DNA of 32,000 bases from Nitrosospira multiformis ATCC 25196 (GTDB taxonomy: Bacteria; Pseudomonadota; Gammaproteobacteria; Burkholderiales; Nitrosomonadaceae), in contig NC_007614.1 in the NCBI RefSeq assembly GCF_000196355.1, positions 390,001-422,000 of the forward strand. The letters are read 5' to 3'. Shown here in pieces: positions 8,321 to 16,766 of this stretch. The translations under genes were made by a program, and so were the position numbers. Every line of letters starts with the position of its first letter. Within the stretch, counting starts at the first letter, position 1. The notes under the pieces are model-generated. The model was not told the origin of the DNA. It saw nothing but the letters and a program-made list of their open reading frames with translations, and did no database searches.

Positions 8321-9055
8321 ATGAGTGACACGGGCATTGTGCACCTCGAGAATGTTTCCAAAGATTACATCCTTGGTGAGCAGAAAGTCCAGGCATTGAA
8401 AGACATTACGTTAGATATCGCCTCCGGCGCTTTCCTCGCTATTGCAGGTCCATCCGGCAGTGGCAAGTCAACGCTGCTCAATCTGATTGGTTGTATTGAT
8501 ACGCCCACCGCCGGCAAAGTTTTAATCAACGGTCAGGATATCAGCGGCCGTACTCCGGATGACCTGTCCGGGCTCAGGGCAAGAACTATCGGGTTTGTTT
8601 TTCAGACGTTCAATCTGTTTCCCGTTCTCTCTGCTGAGGAGAACGTCGAGTATCCGTTGCTGCAATTCAGGGAATTGAAGACAGCAGAGCGCCGCATCCG
8701 GGTTGCTGAATATCTCGATATCGTCGGTTTGTCCAGGTTTGCCCGGCATCGGCCGAACCAGCTCAGCGGAGGGCAACGTCAGCGTGTAGCGATTGCACGG
8801 GCACTGGCAACGCATCCGAAAATAGTATTGGCTGACGAGCCTACTGCCAATCTTGATCATGCGACAGGTGAAGGCATCCTGGAGCTGATGAAGAATATCA
8901 ACGACAAATTTGAGACAACCTTTATTTTTTCCACTCATGATTCGCGTGTCATGGCGATCGCGGACAATGTAATCCATATCCAAGATGGTCAGATCGTGCA
9001 ACGGGAAATTCGCAAGGAGAAATCCATGCACGTTATTGAACATAGGGATAGATAG
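8321..9055 (+). CDS. ABC transporter ATP-binding protein, LolD/MacB-type
   Basis: Walker A GPSGSGKST, signature LSGGQRQRVAIARAL, Walker B IVLADEPTANLD and H-loop STHD. I prefer the ATG at 8321 (MSDTGIVHLENVSKDY, preceded by GGGGGA) over the track start at 8282. Confidence 0.9.
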   Translation: MSDTGIVHLENVSKDYILGEQKVQALKDITLDIASGAFLAIAGPSGSGKSTLLNLIGCIDTPTAGKVLINGQDISGRTPDDLSGLRARTIGFVFQTFNLFPVLSAEENVEYPLLQFRELKTAERRIRVAEYLDIVGLSRFARHRPNQLSGGQRQRVAIARALATHPKIVLADEPTANLDHATGEGILELMKNINDKFETTFIFSTHDSRVMAIADNVIHIQDGQIVQREIRKEKSMHVIEHRDR

Positions 9056-9082
9056 ATGTGAAAAAGGTGACTTCCAAAGGTA

Positions 9083-10795
9083 ATGACGAAAGTAGCGCCG
9101 ATGAGTTACGGAATTAGGGGCGTATATCTGATAAGCCTAAAGGCACTGCTTGTTGTAAGGTCGATCAGCTTTGCAGGGGAGGCGCAGGTTCAGCTTCCGG
9201 ATGCTGCAAAACCGGTACCTGTTATCTACGACGCGAATGAGGACCGTACAACACCTGCCGAGCCTTTGATGCTCACTTTGTCTTTAGCGATGGGAACGTC
9301 CCCCGCTCGTCCGGTACGGGAGCCGGATGATAGAGCGGGCGCTGTGGTTTCGCAGGGGGAGAATGTGGAGAGAAGGCTGGGTGAGGAGAAGCCTTTGCTA
9401 TTGTCCGTATCACCTTCTCTTTCTTTTATTTCGGCTCCTGCAGCAAAAGATCATGAGATAAATCTGAGCAGAGAACCTGCCCCTGTCATTGCTGCCGGGA
9501 ACGATGCGGAGAGCGAGTTCACGTCGCGGGAAGCATTATTTGGCGACGATTTGGGTCAAGAGCAAAAGCCATCAAAACCTATGCCTGCCTGGAAGAGGTT
9601 GGTGACTGGGTGGAGGGGTTTTTCCCAGCTGGAAATCGCGGACACTTATACTGACCCCGAGCATTTATCGAAAGCAAAGCTTCGAACGGAGCTATCGCGC
9701 ACGGGACAGTTCAACGAAAACATAAAATGGAAAATAAGCGGTCGCTTCGACTATGACGCAGCTTATGACCTGTCCAGTTTTTATCCACACGCGGTCCGTC
9801 AGGATCAACGCTACCAGTTTTTCGTCCGAGAAAATTATCTTGATGTCTCGGCTGGCGATTTTGATTTCCGTCTCGGTCGTCAGCATGTGATATGGGGCGA
9901 GATGGTGGGACTGTTCTTTGCGGACGTGGTATCCGCGAAGGACTTGCGGGAATTTGTCCTGCCTGCCTTTGACATATTGCGCATTCCCCAATGGGCGGCG
10001 CGCGCGGAATATTCGAAGGGGGATTCCCATGCTGAAGTGGTGTGGATTCCTGTGCCGACTCTTGACGAAATTGGAAAGCCGGGAGCGGATTTCTATCCCG
10101 GTCCCTTGCGCGGAGTAGCTACCTATCTTCCAGAAGATCGCTCCGGGCGGAATATCGCGAACTCCAACTATGGGGTGCGTTTATCGCACCTTGTAAATGG
10201 CTGGGATATTTCGGGTTTCTACTACCACAGCCTGGATTCGTCGCCTACGTTCTATCGCATCGGTGGCCCGCTTGACCCTCCTGTCTTCCAGCCCCGTCAT
10301 GATGAGATTGACCAGGTGGGTGGAACCCTTTCGAAAGACTTCGGCTCAATCGTTTTAAAAGGCGAACTGATTTATACAGATGGACGCAAATTCAACGTCA
10401 CGCGACCCACCGCAATGAATGGGTTGGTCAGGCAGAATACGCTCGACTATGTTATAGGCCTGGATTTCAGTTTGCCTGCCGAAACCCGCTTGAATCTGCA
10501 GTTCTTTCAGCGTGTCTTTTTTACGCATGACCCGGATCTCCCTCTGGACCGGCTTGAGAATGGCGCCAGCATTCTGCTCAATGGCAAGCTCTCCCCCAAG
10601 ATTGAGGCTCAAGCTTTACTGATCCACAGTCTGAATCGTAGCGACTGGATGTTCCGGCCTCGATTATCCTGGAATTTCCAACCGAACTGGCGTTGGGCGG
10701 TTGGAGCAGACGTATTTGGCGGTCCACCTATTGGTCTGTTTGGCCGTTTCGATCATGCCGACCGCGTCTATACCGAATTGCGGTATTCATTCTGA
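9083..10795 (+). CDS. Putative outer-membrane beta-barrel protein, DUF1302-like, with a ~170-aa low-complexity N-terminal region
   Basis: The motif FRLGRQHVIWGEMVGLFFADVV resembles the DUF1302 hallmark (lRlGrQvvsWGE). The C-terminal half alternates aromatic and polar residues, and the protein ends ...YTELRYSF with the terminal Phe typical of BAM substrates. The start and signal peptide are uncertain. Confidence 0.6.
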   Translation: MTKVAPMSYGIRGVYLISLKALLVVRSISFAGEAQVQLPDAAKPVPVIYDANEDRTTPAEPLMLTLSLAMGTSPARPVREPDDRAGAVVSQGENVERRLGEEKPLLLSVSPSLSFISAPAAKDHEINLSREPAPVIAAGNDAESEFTSREALFGDDLGQEQKPSKPMPAWKRLVTGWRGFSQLEIADTYTDPEHLSKAKLRTELSRTGQFNENIKWKISGRFDYDAAYDLSSFYPHAVRQDQRYQFFVRENYLDVSAGDFDFRLGRQHVIWGEMVGLFFADVVSAKDLREFVLPAFDILRIPQWAARAEYSKGDSHAEVVWIPVPTLDEIGKPGADFYPGPLRGVATYLPEDRSGRNIANSNYGVRLSHLVNGWDISGFYYHSLDSSPTFYRIGGPLDPPVFQPRHDEIDQVGGTLSKDFGSIVLKGELIYTDGRKFNVTRPTAMNGLVRQNTLDYVIGLDFSLPAETRLNLQFFQRVFFTHDPDLPLDRLENGASILLNGKLSPKIEAQALLIHSLNRSDWMFRPRLSWNFQPNWRWAVGADVFGGPPIGLFGRFDHADRVYTELRYSF

Positions 10796-10826
10796 TTGAT
10801 TTCAGAAGCAAGTACTTTATATACCT

Positions 10827-12038
10827 TTATATATTCTGTCGTAGCGCATCAACAACGGGGGTGCGCGAGATATGCCTCCCGGGAACGATAGCCGCCGATA
10901 CTGTTGCTGCTATACCGATGGCAAAGGATGCCAGCAAAACGCCGGGGACAATCTGGATGTGGGCTGTATAGCCAAGGTTGGAATTTGGAGGCGGCGGCAT
11001 CGAGATACCGATCGCAGAGATAATAAGCGCGAGGCCAATTCCGAGTCCGAGCCCGAGGCCGCTGCCGATCACTCCCAGTAGGAAGTTTTCCGTGATGATC
11101 AATTGGAATACTTCGTTTCTGCGGTTGCCCAGGGCCATCATTGTGCCGAATTCTCCTGTTCTTTCAAAAGCACTCATGTTGACACTGTTCAGGACCCCGA
11201 GCAGAACCATGATAAGGATAATCAGTTGCAGAAAACCTAGCTGGCGTCCATAAAGTTCTACCGTTTTTTCGTAGAAATCGTTGAGTTCGATCCACGTTTT
11301 GATCTCCAGCCCCAAAGTCTCTAACTGTTCTTTTAGCAGCCCTGCAATACGAAATGTATCGTCCGTTTTTTTCAGTGAGATGACCAGTGCATTAACGCCT
11401 TGCGTGCCCAGCAACTCCTGGGACGCGGCGAGCGGAATTCTTATTGCTCTAGCATCATAATCACTGGAGAAACTCTTGAATACGCCGACGACCTCCAGAT
11501 CAATGGTGTTTAATGCTCCTTCCAGTGTATTTGCCAGCAGGGTTACGTGATCGCCGGGTTTCAGCTTCAATTCCTGGGCGACGCCCACCCCGATAGCGAT
11601 ACCGAACTTATCCGTGTTTTGCAGTTGACGCCCCGAGATGATCGAGACGGAGCTTCCAAGCGCCGCTTCTTTCGCTGGTTCTACACCCTCTCCAATGATG
11701 GGAAGGTCAGCCCGGCCGTTATTGAGCAGGGCCGAGAAATTGAGTCGCGCCATTACGCTATCGATACCCTCGTTATTCATGATACGCCGTTTAATGGCCT
11801 CGTCATCCGTTATCAGATATCTCTCCGGGGCGTGCGCTCCGGCAGCAAAAAAACCTTCCTTGTAGACTTGCAGATGACCGGATCGAGAGTGGATAAGAGC
11901 CTCCGATAAAGTAACGAAAATATCGTTCACCCAGCCGCCAGCAAGAACAAGAGCTACCACGCCGCTCACGATCGCCGCCAGAGTCATTGCGGTGTGTGAT
12001 TTCTGTCGAAAAATATTTCGAAAGGCCAGTCTGAGCAT
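10827..12038 (-). CDS. ABC transporter permease, FtsX/MacB-LolC/E family (paralog 2)
   Basis: N-terminal LAFRNIFRQKSHT followed by TM1, a large periplasmic domain, and a C-terminal FtsX domain (...NMSAFERTGEFGTMMALGNRRNEVFQLIITENFLLGVIGSGLG...). At 403 aa its size is comparable to LolC/LolE. Confidence 0.85.
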   Translation of the reverse strand: MLRLAFRNIFRQKSHTAMTLAAIVSGVVALVLAGGWVNDIFVTLSEALIHSRSGHLQVYKEGFFAAGAHAPERYLITDDEAIKRRIMNNEGIDSVMARLNFSALLNNGRADLPIIGEGVEPAKEAALGSSVSIISGRQLQNTDKFGIAIGVGVAQELKLKPGDHVTLLANTLEGALNTIDLEVVGVFKSFSSDYDARAIRIPLAASQELLGTQGVNALVISLKKTDDTFRIAGLLKEQLETLGLEIKTWIELNDFYEKTVELYGRQLGFLQLIILIMVLLGVLNSVNMSAFERTGEFGTMMALGNRRNEVFQLIITENFLLGVIGSGLGLGLGIGLALIISAIGISMPPPPNSNLGYTAHIQIVPGVLLASFAIGIAATVSAAIVPGRHISRTPVVDALRQNI

Positions 12039-12054
12039 TATTCACTTTTCCGAA

Positions 12055-13284
12055 TTATCTATTGTGACGTAGCGCATCCACTATCTGCATGCGGGATGCC
12101 TTCCAGGCTGGGTATATACTGGCAGTGAGCGTTGCGCCGATCGCAAGCAAAAGGGATTCGAATGCAATATTCCACGTGACAAGTATTTCGCCCGTATAGC
12201 CACGGGTCGTCCCTGGGGGGGGCGGCATCGGGATCCCTATGCTCGATATCATGGCAGCCAGCGCTACCCCTATCGTAACCCCGAGCAGGCCGCCGAAACC
12301 GCCGAGCAGAATGCCTTCGCTTAGGAAGCGTCGGAGAACGTCGATGCGTCTGGCGCCAAGCGCCATATCAGTACCAATTTCCCCGATCCGCTCCATTACC
12401 GACATCGTCATGGCATTCAAAATGGCAAGAAGGATGATGAAGGCGATTATCAGCTTGAGGCCATGGATTTGTTTTGTAAACAAAGCCACGGTCTTATTGT
12501 AGAAATCAGCCAGGACATACCAGGGAACCACCTCGAAATCGCTCTTTTGCAATGAATCGCGTAATCTTTGGAGTACAGTATCGGTCTTCGCTGTGTCATT
12601 CAACAACACTACCCATACGTGAGAACCTTTGACCCGGAGGAGTTGGCGGGCTGTTTCGATCGGCATGCGTAGGGCGATATCGTCGTAAGACTTGTTTACA
12701 GTGGAGAACAATCCCCGGACAGTGACCTCAACCGCATTGACGCCCCTTGATGCGGTACTCGCCAATAGCACAACCTTATCGCCAATGTTTACGTTGAGGT
12801 TGCGGCCAAGACCCACACCTAGAATAATGCCCTTCGGGGCATCTACTGAAAGATTTTCACCCGCAGAAATTTCCACCGAGCCGCTGAGAATGGCCTTTTC
12901 CTCTGGGATGACTCCTTCTCCAACAAATGAAAGAGTTGCGTCTCCGTGACTGATCAGACCGCCAAAGGAGAGGCGGGGGATGATGGTCTTGATTTGAGCT
13001 GGACCGTTTGCCGGTTCCAGTTCAGGAATTGCATCCGGTAAAAGATAAGCGTATGGATCAGCTTTTCCTGCTTCCTGATAGCCCGGTCTGCTGATCTGGA
13101 TATGGCCGAGTTGCGACTGGATGGTGGCTTCCTGCATGCCCCAGAATATCCACTCGATAAAGCCCGCTGCAAGGATCAGGGCGATAATGCCAAACGTAAC
13201 CGCGCCCACAGCGATGGCGCTGCGACGCTTGTGCCGCACCATATTTCGAAATGCAAGCAAAAAGTCGAGCCGAATACGATCCAC
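12055..13284 (-). CDS. ABC transporter permease, FtsX/MacB-LolC/E family (paralog 1)
   Basis: It has the same architecture as the downstream paralog (LAFRNMVRHKRRS...; ...MSVMERIGEIGTDMALGARRIDVLRRFLSEGILLGGFGG...). The GTG start is preceded by AAGGA. It lies 16 nt upstream of the second permease gene. Confidence 0.85.
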   Translation of the reverse strand: MDRIRLDFLLAFRNMVRHKRRSAIAVGAVTFGIIALILAAGFIEWIFWGMQEATIQSQLGHIQISRPGYQEAGKADPYAYLLPDAIPELEPANGPAQIKTIIPRLSFGGLISHGDATLSFVGEGVIPEEKAILSGSVEISAGENLSVDAPKGIILGVGLGRNLNVNIGDKVVLLASTASRGVNAVEVTVRGLFSTVNKSYDDIALRMPIETARQLLRVKGSHVWVVLLNDTAKTDTVLQRLRDSLQKSDFEVVPWYVLADFYNKTVALFTKQIHGLKLIIAFIILLAILNAMTMSVMERIGEIGTDMALGARRIDVLRRFLSEGILLGGFGGLLGVTIGVALAAMISSIGIPMPPPPGTTRGYTGEILVTWNIAFESLLLAIGATLTASIYPAWKASRMQIVDALRHNR

Positions 13285-13338
13285 CCTCTATATCCTTCTG
13301 CTCAGTGCGCGCTGCCACATCGCGCTATCGCCCGGGAG

Positions 13339-13370
13339 AACAGGGGAACGAGTTAACAGGGAAACGAGTT
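13339..13370. repeat. Tandem 16-nt direct repeat AACAGGGGAACGAGTT / AACAGGGAAACGAGTT in the divergent permease/glycosyltransferase intergenic region
   Basis: Read directly. The two copies match at 15 of 16 positions. The repeat lies 55-86 nt upstream of the permease GTG (13284) on the other strand. Confidence 0.75.
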
Positions 13371-13474
13371 CTCTGCTTGCGCCTGGCAGCAGCGCACGAA
13401 CTGTAACGATAGGATCGGAATTGATCATTGTCGCTCAAGCCTTATCCAGGATAGACCGTTAATGCCGGATCGAG

Positions 13475-13498
13475 ATAATCCCTGCGCTGCAGGATTAT
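13475..13498. promoter_or_regulatory. Inverted repeat ATAATCC-N10-GGATTAT, a candidate operator about 135-155 nt upstream of the glycosyltransferase start
   Basis: Read directly: two 7-bp perfect arms. Confidence 0.35.
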
Positions 13499-13630
13499 GC
13501 TGAGAAAAATTCCATTGAGGCGACTTCCAATCTTACCCCAGGCGGAAGGTACGATGCACATCGATACGCCCCTGATTTCAGGATGGAAGTATGATACGAA
13601 ATAATTCTCAACGTAAAAGGTATTATTACC

Positions 13631-14857
13631 GTGACGAAGCCGCAAATGGAAACCGGAAATAAGCCGATTATTCTTCTAGTGGCTGAAGCAGTCACCCTTG
13701 CGCATTTCGGTCGAATCGTGACGTTGGCGAGAGCCCTTGATTCTAACAAGTATGAAGTGGTTGTCGCCTCGGATCCCCGTTATCTTGATTTAGACGCGCC
13801 ACTGAACTGCACGTTCCATCCTATTCGGTCTATTCCCTCAGCCGAATTTGCGCTAGCCCTTGCTCGGGGAAAACCAGTGTATAGCCTTGAAACCCTCTCC
13901 CGTTATATCGAAGATGATCTGGCGCTGCTTGATCTCGTCAGACCTGCTCTCGTCGTGGGAGATTTCAGACTATCTCTGGCCGTGAGCGCGCCGCTACGGA
14001 AAATTCCATTTGCCACCGTAGTCAACGCCTACTGGAGCCCCTATGCAGTGACCCGCTACCCTGTTCCCGATCTTCCGGTGACCCGCATTCTCGGTATCAC
14101 ACTTGCGCAAAAATTATTCGATATTATCAGACCCGTTGCCTTCGCCCTCCATGCCAGGCCCTTGAACCGGTTGCGTCGACGTTTCGGATTGACCCCTTTG
14201 AAGCAGGATATCAGAAACACATACACGTGGGCGGATTACACTTTATACGCGGACATCCCGGAAGTAGTGCCTGCGCTTAATTTACCTCCCCACCATCGCT
14301 ATCTTGGTCCAATACTCTGGTCCGCCGCCATCTCTCTGCCTGCATGGTGGGACTGCTTACCCGAAGACAAACCGGTGGTATTTCTAAGCCTGGGGAGCTC
14401 GGGCATGGCAGCACTTCTGCCAATGGCTCTTGCCGCCTTATCACAACTTGCGATCACAGTTGTCGTAGCCACTGCAAGAAAAATTACCATAGATGAGGTT
14501 CCAGCGAATGCATATGTTACTGATTACCTGCCATTGGACCGGGTTGCTTCACGCTTGAAAATAGTGATCAGCAACGGCGGCAGCCTGACTACGTATCAGG
14601 CGCTTTCAAGCGGAGTGCCGGTGATCGGCCTGTGTTCGAACCTGGATCAACTGCTGAATATGAATGCAGTGCAGCAGTTGGGGGCCGCTATTACCTTGCA
14701 TTGCGCTCGGATATCCGTCACTGACCTTGTGATGGCTGTAACCGCAATGCTGGATAATCCATCGTATGGACGAGCAGCAATCAAGATAAGCCAGATCTTG
14801 GCAGAATCGGATGCTAAACAGCGTTTTCGGGAATTTGTGGTGCAGGTACTTCATTAA
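13631..14857 (+). CDS. GT1-family (GT-B, UDP-glycosyltransferase / MGT-like) glycosyltransferase
   Basis: The C-terminal sugar-donor signature IVISNGGSLTTYQALSSGVPVIGLCSNLDQ fits the UDPGT pattern ([HNQ]-x-G...P...D-Q). The N-terminus LLVAEAVTLAHFGRIVTLARAL is typical of MGT/UGT enzymes acting on lipophilic acceptors. The start could be the GTG at 13631 or the ATG at 13646. Confidence 0.75.
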   Translation: MTKPQMETGNKPIILLVAEAVTLAHFGRIVTLARALDSNKYEVVVASDPRYLDLDAPLNCTFHPIRSIPSAEFALALARGKPVYSLETLSRYIEDDLALLDLVRPALVVGDFRLSLAVSAPLRKIPFATVVNAYWSPYAVTRYPVPDLPVTRILGITLAQKLFDIIRPVAFALHARPLNRLRRRFGLTPLKQDIRNTYTWADYTLYADIPEVVPALNLPPHHRYLGPILWSAAISLPAWWDCLPEDKPVVFLSLGSSGMAALLPMALAALSQLAITVVVATARKITIDEVPANAYVTDYLPLDRVASRLKIVISNGGSLTTYQALSSGVPVIGLCSNLDQLLNMNAVQQLGAAITLHCARISVTDLVMAVTAMLDNPSYGRAAIKISQILAESDAKQRFREFVVQVLH

Positions 14858-14912
14858 AAAAAGAAGGTGTAAAAACTTGCTGGATAATTGGCGGCGATAA
14901 GGAGACAACTGG

Positions 14913-15725
14913 ATGGATCATCAATACACAACACTTGAGAGAAATCGATATTTCGAGGTGCTTGGCGGTTTGAACGTGGAAAATCGCGGCGACAATAAAG
15001 TTGCGATGCTCTCGGAACTTGATATGACATCGGCGCAGGCATTGCGGACTTCCGTCGACCGGCAGACCGGCATCAAACCCTCGTACACTGCGATTGTAGC
15101 CAAGGCAGTTTCAATAGCCTTGCGAGAGCATCCATATGCTAACCGAATGGCAGTGGAACGTTTGTTCTGGAAGCGCATCCTGCAATTGCATGACGTGCAT
15201 ATGACAATTGCGGTAGAACGTGACCGGCCGGGTATCGAACAGGCCGTGTTCGCAGGTACGATCAGGGATACTGACAAGCTGGATGTAGCTGCCATCACCA
15301 AAGAGTTGCAAAGCTTGGCGCAGTCAACAGAAGAAACCAACGAACGCTGGCGACTGCTCAAGCGTATGGTTGAGACCCTTCCGCCCGCTTTGGCTCGCCG
15401 GTTAATATCGATTCCGCGTTGGCTTCCAGATCAGTGGATCAAGCATCGAGGCGGCTCAGTCATGATTTCATCGCCCGCCAAATATGGGGTGGATATGATG
15501 GTTGCGAACTGGCCATGGCCGATCGGCTATTCTTTCGGCTTGGTGAAAGACCGGGTGATCGCGGTGGAGGGTGCGGCGCAGGTAAGACCCACCATGGTTC
15601 TCACCATGAGTTTCGATCGTCGGCTAATGGGGGGAGCACCGGCTGCCCGGTTTTTTCGCACAGTATGCGAACATATAGAGCATGCGGAACGGGATATGGC
15701 TTTACCTGTGAACATCCCTTCATAG
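14913..15725 (+). CDS. Stand-alone 2-oxoacid dehydrogenase E2-type (CAT-fold) acyltransferase domain protein with a non-canonical active site
   Basis: At 270 aa it has no lipoyl or E3-binding domain. The C-terminal LTMSFDRRLMGGAPAARFF aligns to aceF LSLSYDHRVIDGATAARF from this same window, giving His to Arg and Asp to Gly. A strong SD (AAGGAG) precedes the ATG. Confidence 0.75.
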   Translation: MDHQYTTLERNRYFEVLGGLNVENRGDNKVAMLSELDMTSAQALRTSVDRQTGIKPSYTAIVAKAVSIALREHPYANRMAVERLFWKRILQLHDVHMTIAVERDRPGIEQAVFAGTIRDTDKLDVAAITKELQSLAQSTEETNERWRLLKRMVETLPPALARRLISIPRWLPDQWIKHRGGSVMISSPAKYGVDMMVANWPWPIGYSFGLVKDRVIAVEGAAQVRPTMVLTMSFDRRLMGGAPAARFFRTVCEHIEHAERDMALPVNIPS

Positions 15726-15810
15726 CAGCTTCGCTCCAAGGTTGGATCTGGCAACCCGCGAAGCGAATAACGTGCTGCATGAGACAGGAGTTCAATATCT
15801 CCAGCACGAC

Positions 15811-15839
15811 AATGAAAAGGCCACCCCGACAGGGTGGCC
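15811..15839 (-). terminator. Rho-independent terminator of the PEP-CTERM protein gene
   Basis: A perfect 8-bp GC-rich stem (GGCCACCC, 15819-15826, paired with GGGTGGCC, 15832-15839) with a 5-nt loop. On the - strand it is followed by TTTTCATT. It begins about 30 nt past the stop at 15870. Confidence 0.7.
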
Positions 15840-15869
15840 CGAAGAGTGAATGCGATAACCGCTGTTTAC

Positions 15870-16709
15870 TCAGGTGCGACGACGGCCCGTGAAGGCAAAA
15901 CCAAGCAGACCGATACCCATCAGAGCTAAAATGCCGGGCTCCGGCACTTCTCCGTGAGTAAAACCTTGTGATCCATCGGTTTGGATTACAAAACTCGATG
16001 CAGTGTCAGCCCCGGTGGCAACTCCGTCAAATGCTGCCGGCCGCGTATAGGATGGCGCACTCTGGCCGGGGAACTGAAGCGAGGCTTGAAACTGAGTGCC
16101 TGCCAACGCCGGATTCACATACGTGTTATTAGTGAAGGTGACCGTTCCGAACAGAAAACCGCCGCCCGTGCCGAGTACGGCCGGCCCGGGAATCGCACCG
16201 GTTGCAGAGAAGGTGCTGAAACCGCTATCCCATGTTCCACTCAGTATGTTCACCCCGTCGAGAAAGCCCGTCCCGGTGGACTGGTTCGCATCAGGACTGG
16301 AATCAAGGAAAATCCGCCATGATCCGCTGTTCGTGGTGATATCGATGCTGGAGCACCCATCGTTCGCGCAAGTCGCGGTCTGTGTAAGCGTCTGAAAGGT
16401 GGTTACTTCGTACGTTCCATTTTGGGAGCCAGGAGCCGCCACAAATAGATTATTCGTCGGGGAAGTGGTGTTGATGACACCTGCAAAGGCTTGATACGTC
16501 AAGGTGAAGGTATCGCTATCACCTTGCATGTTGGCACCGGTCAGGTCAAACCCCTGAACCCAGCCGCCACCATTTGAATGCCAGTCGAAGCCTGTAAAAT
16601 TTTGCAGTACTCCATCTGCGCTGAATGTGTCCAGGGTTGCGGAATATCCAATGGCGGGACCACCCAGCAATACTGCAGCCATTGATAAATTGATGAGCTT
16701 TTTATTCAC
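15870..16709 (-). CDS. PEP-CTERM-anchored secreted protein (Thr/Gly/Ser/Asn-rich; possibly related to flocculation-type PepA proteins)
   Basis: N-terminal signal peptide (MNKKLINLSMAAVLLGGPAIGYSA). The C-terminus has the VPEP motif, a hydrophobic helix and a basic tail (VPEPGILALMGIGLLGFAFTGRRRT), which is the textbook PEP-CTERM sorting signal. The GTG start is preceded by GGGGAGAG. Confidence 0.9.
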   Translation of the reverse strand: MNKKLINLSMAAVLLGGPAIGYSATLDTFSADGVLQNFTGFDWHSNGGGWVQGFDLTGANMQGDSDTFTLTYQAFAGVINTTSPTNNLFVAAPGSQNGTYEVTTFQTLTQTATCANDGCSSIDITTNSGSWRIFLDSSPDANQSTGTGFLDGVNILSGTWDSGFSTFSATGAIPGPAVLGTGGGFLFGTVTFTNNTYVNPALAGTQFQASLQFPGQSAPSYTRPAAFDGVATGADTASSFVIQTDGSQGFTHGEVPEPGILALMGIGLLGFAFTGRRRT

Positions 16710-16766
16710 GATTCTCTCCCCATAGCAATAACGATAAAAGAAGCTGTTTGTTTCAGGTTATACCCA

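Noticed and set aside
13462-13503. 13-codon ORF MPDRDNPCAAGLC* overlapping the ATAATCC/GGATTAT inverted repeat
   Set aside because: No ribosome-binding site precedes the ATG. The Cys residues are probably a by-product of the GC-rich spacer of the inverted repeat.
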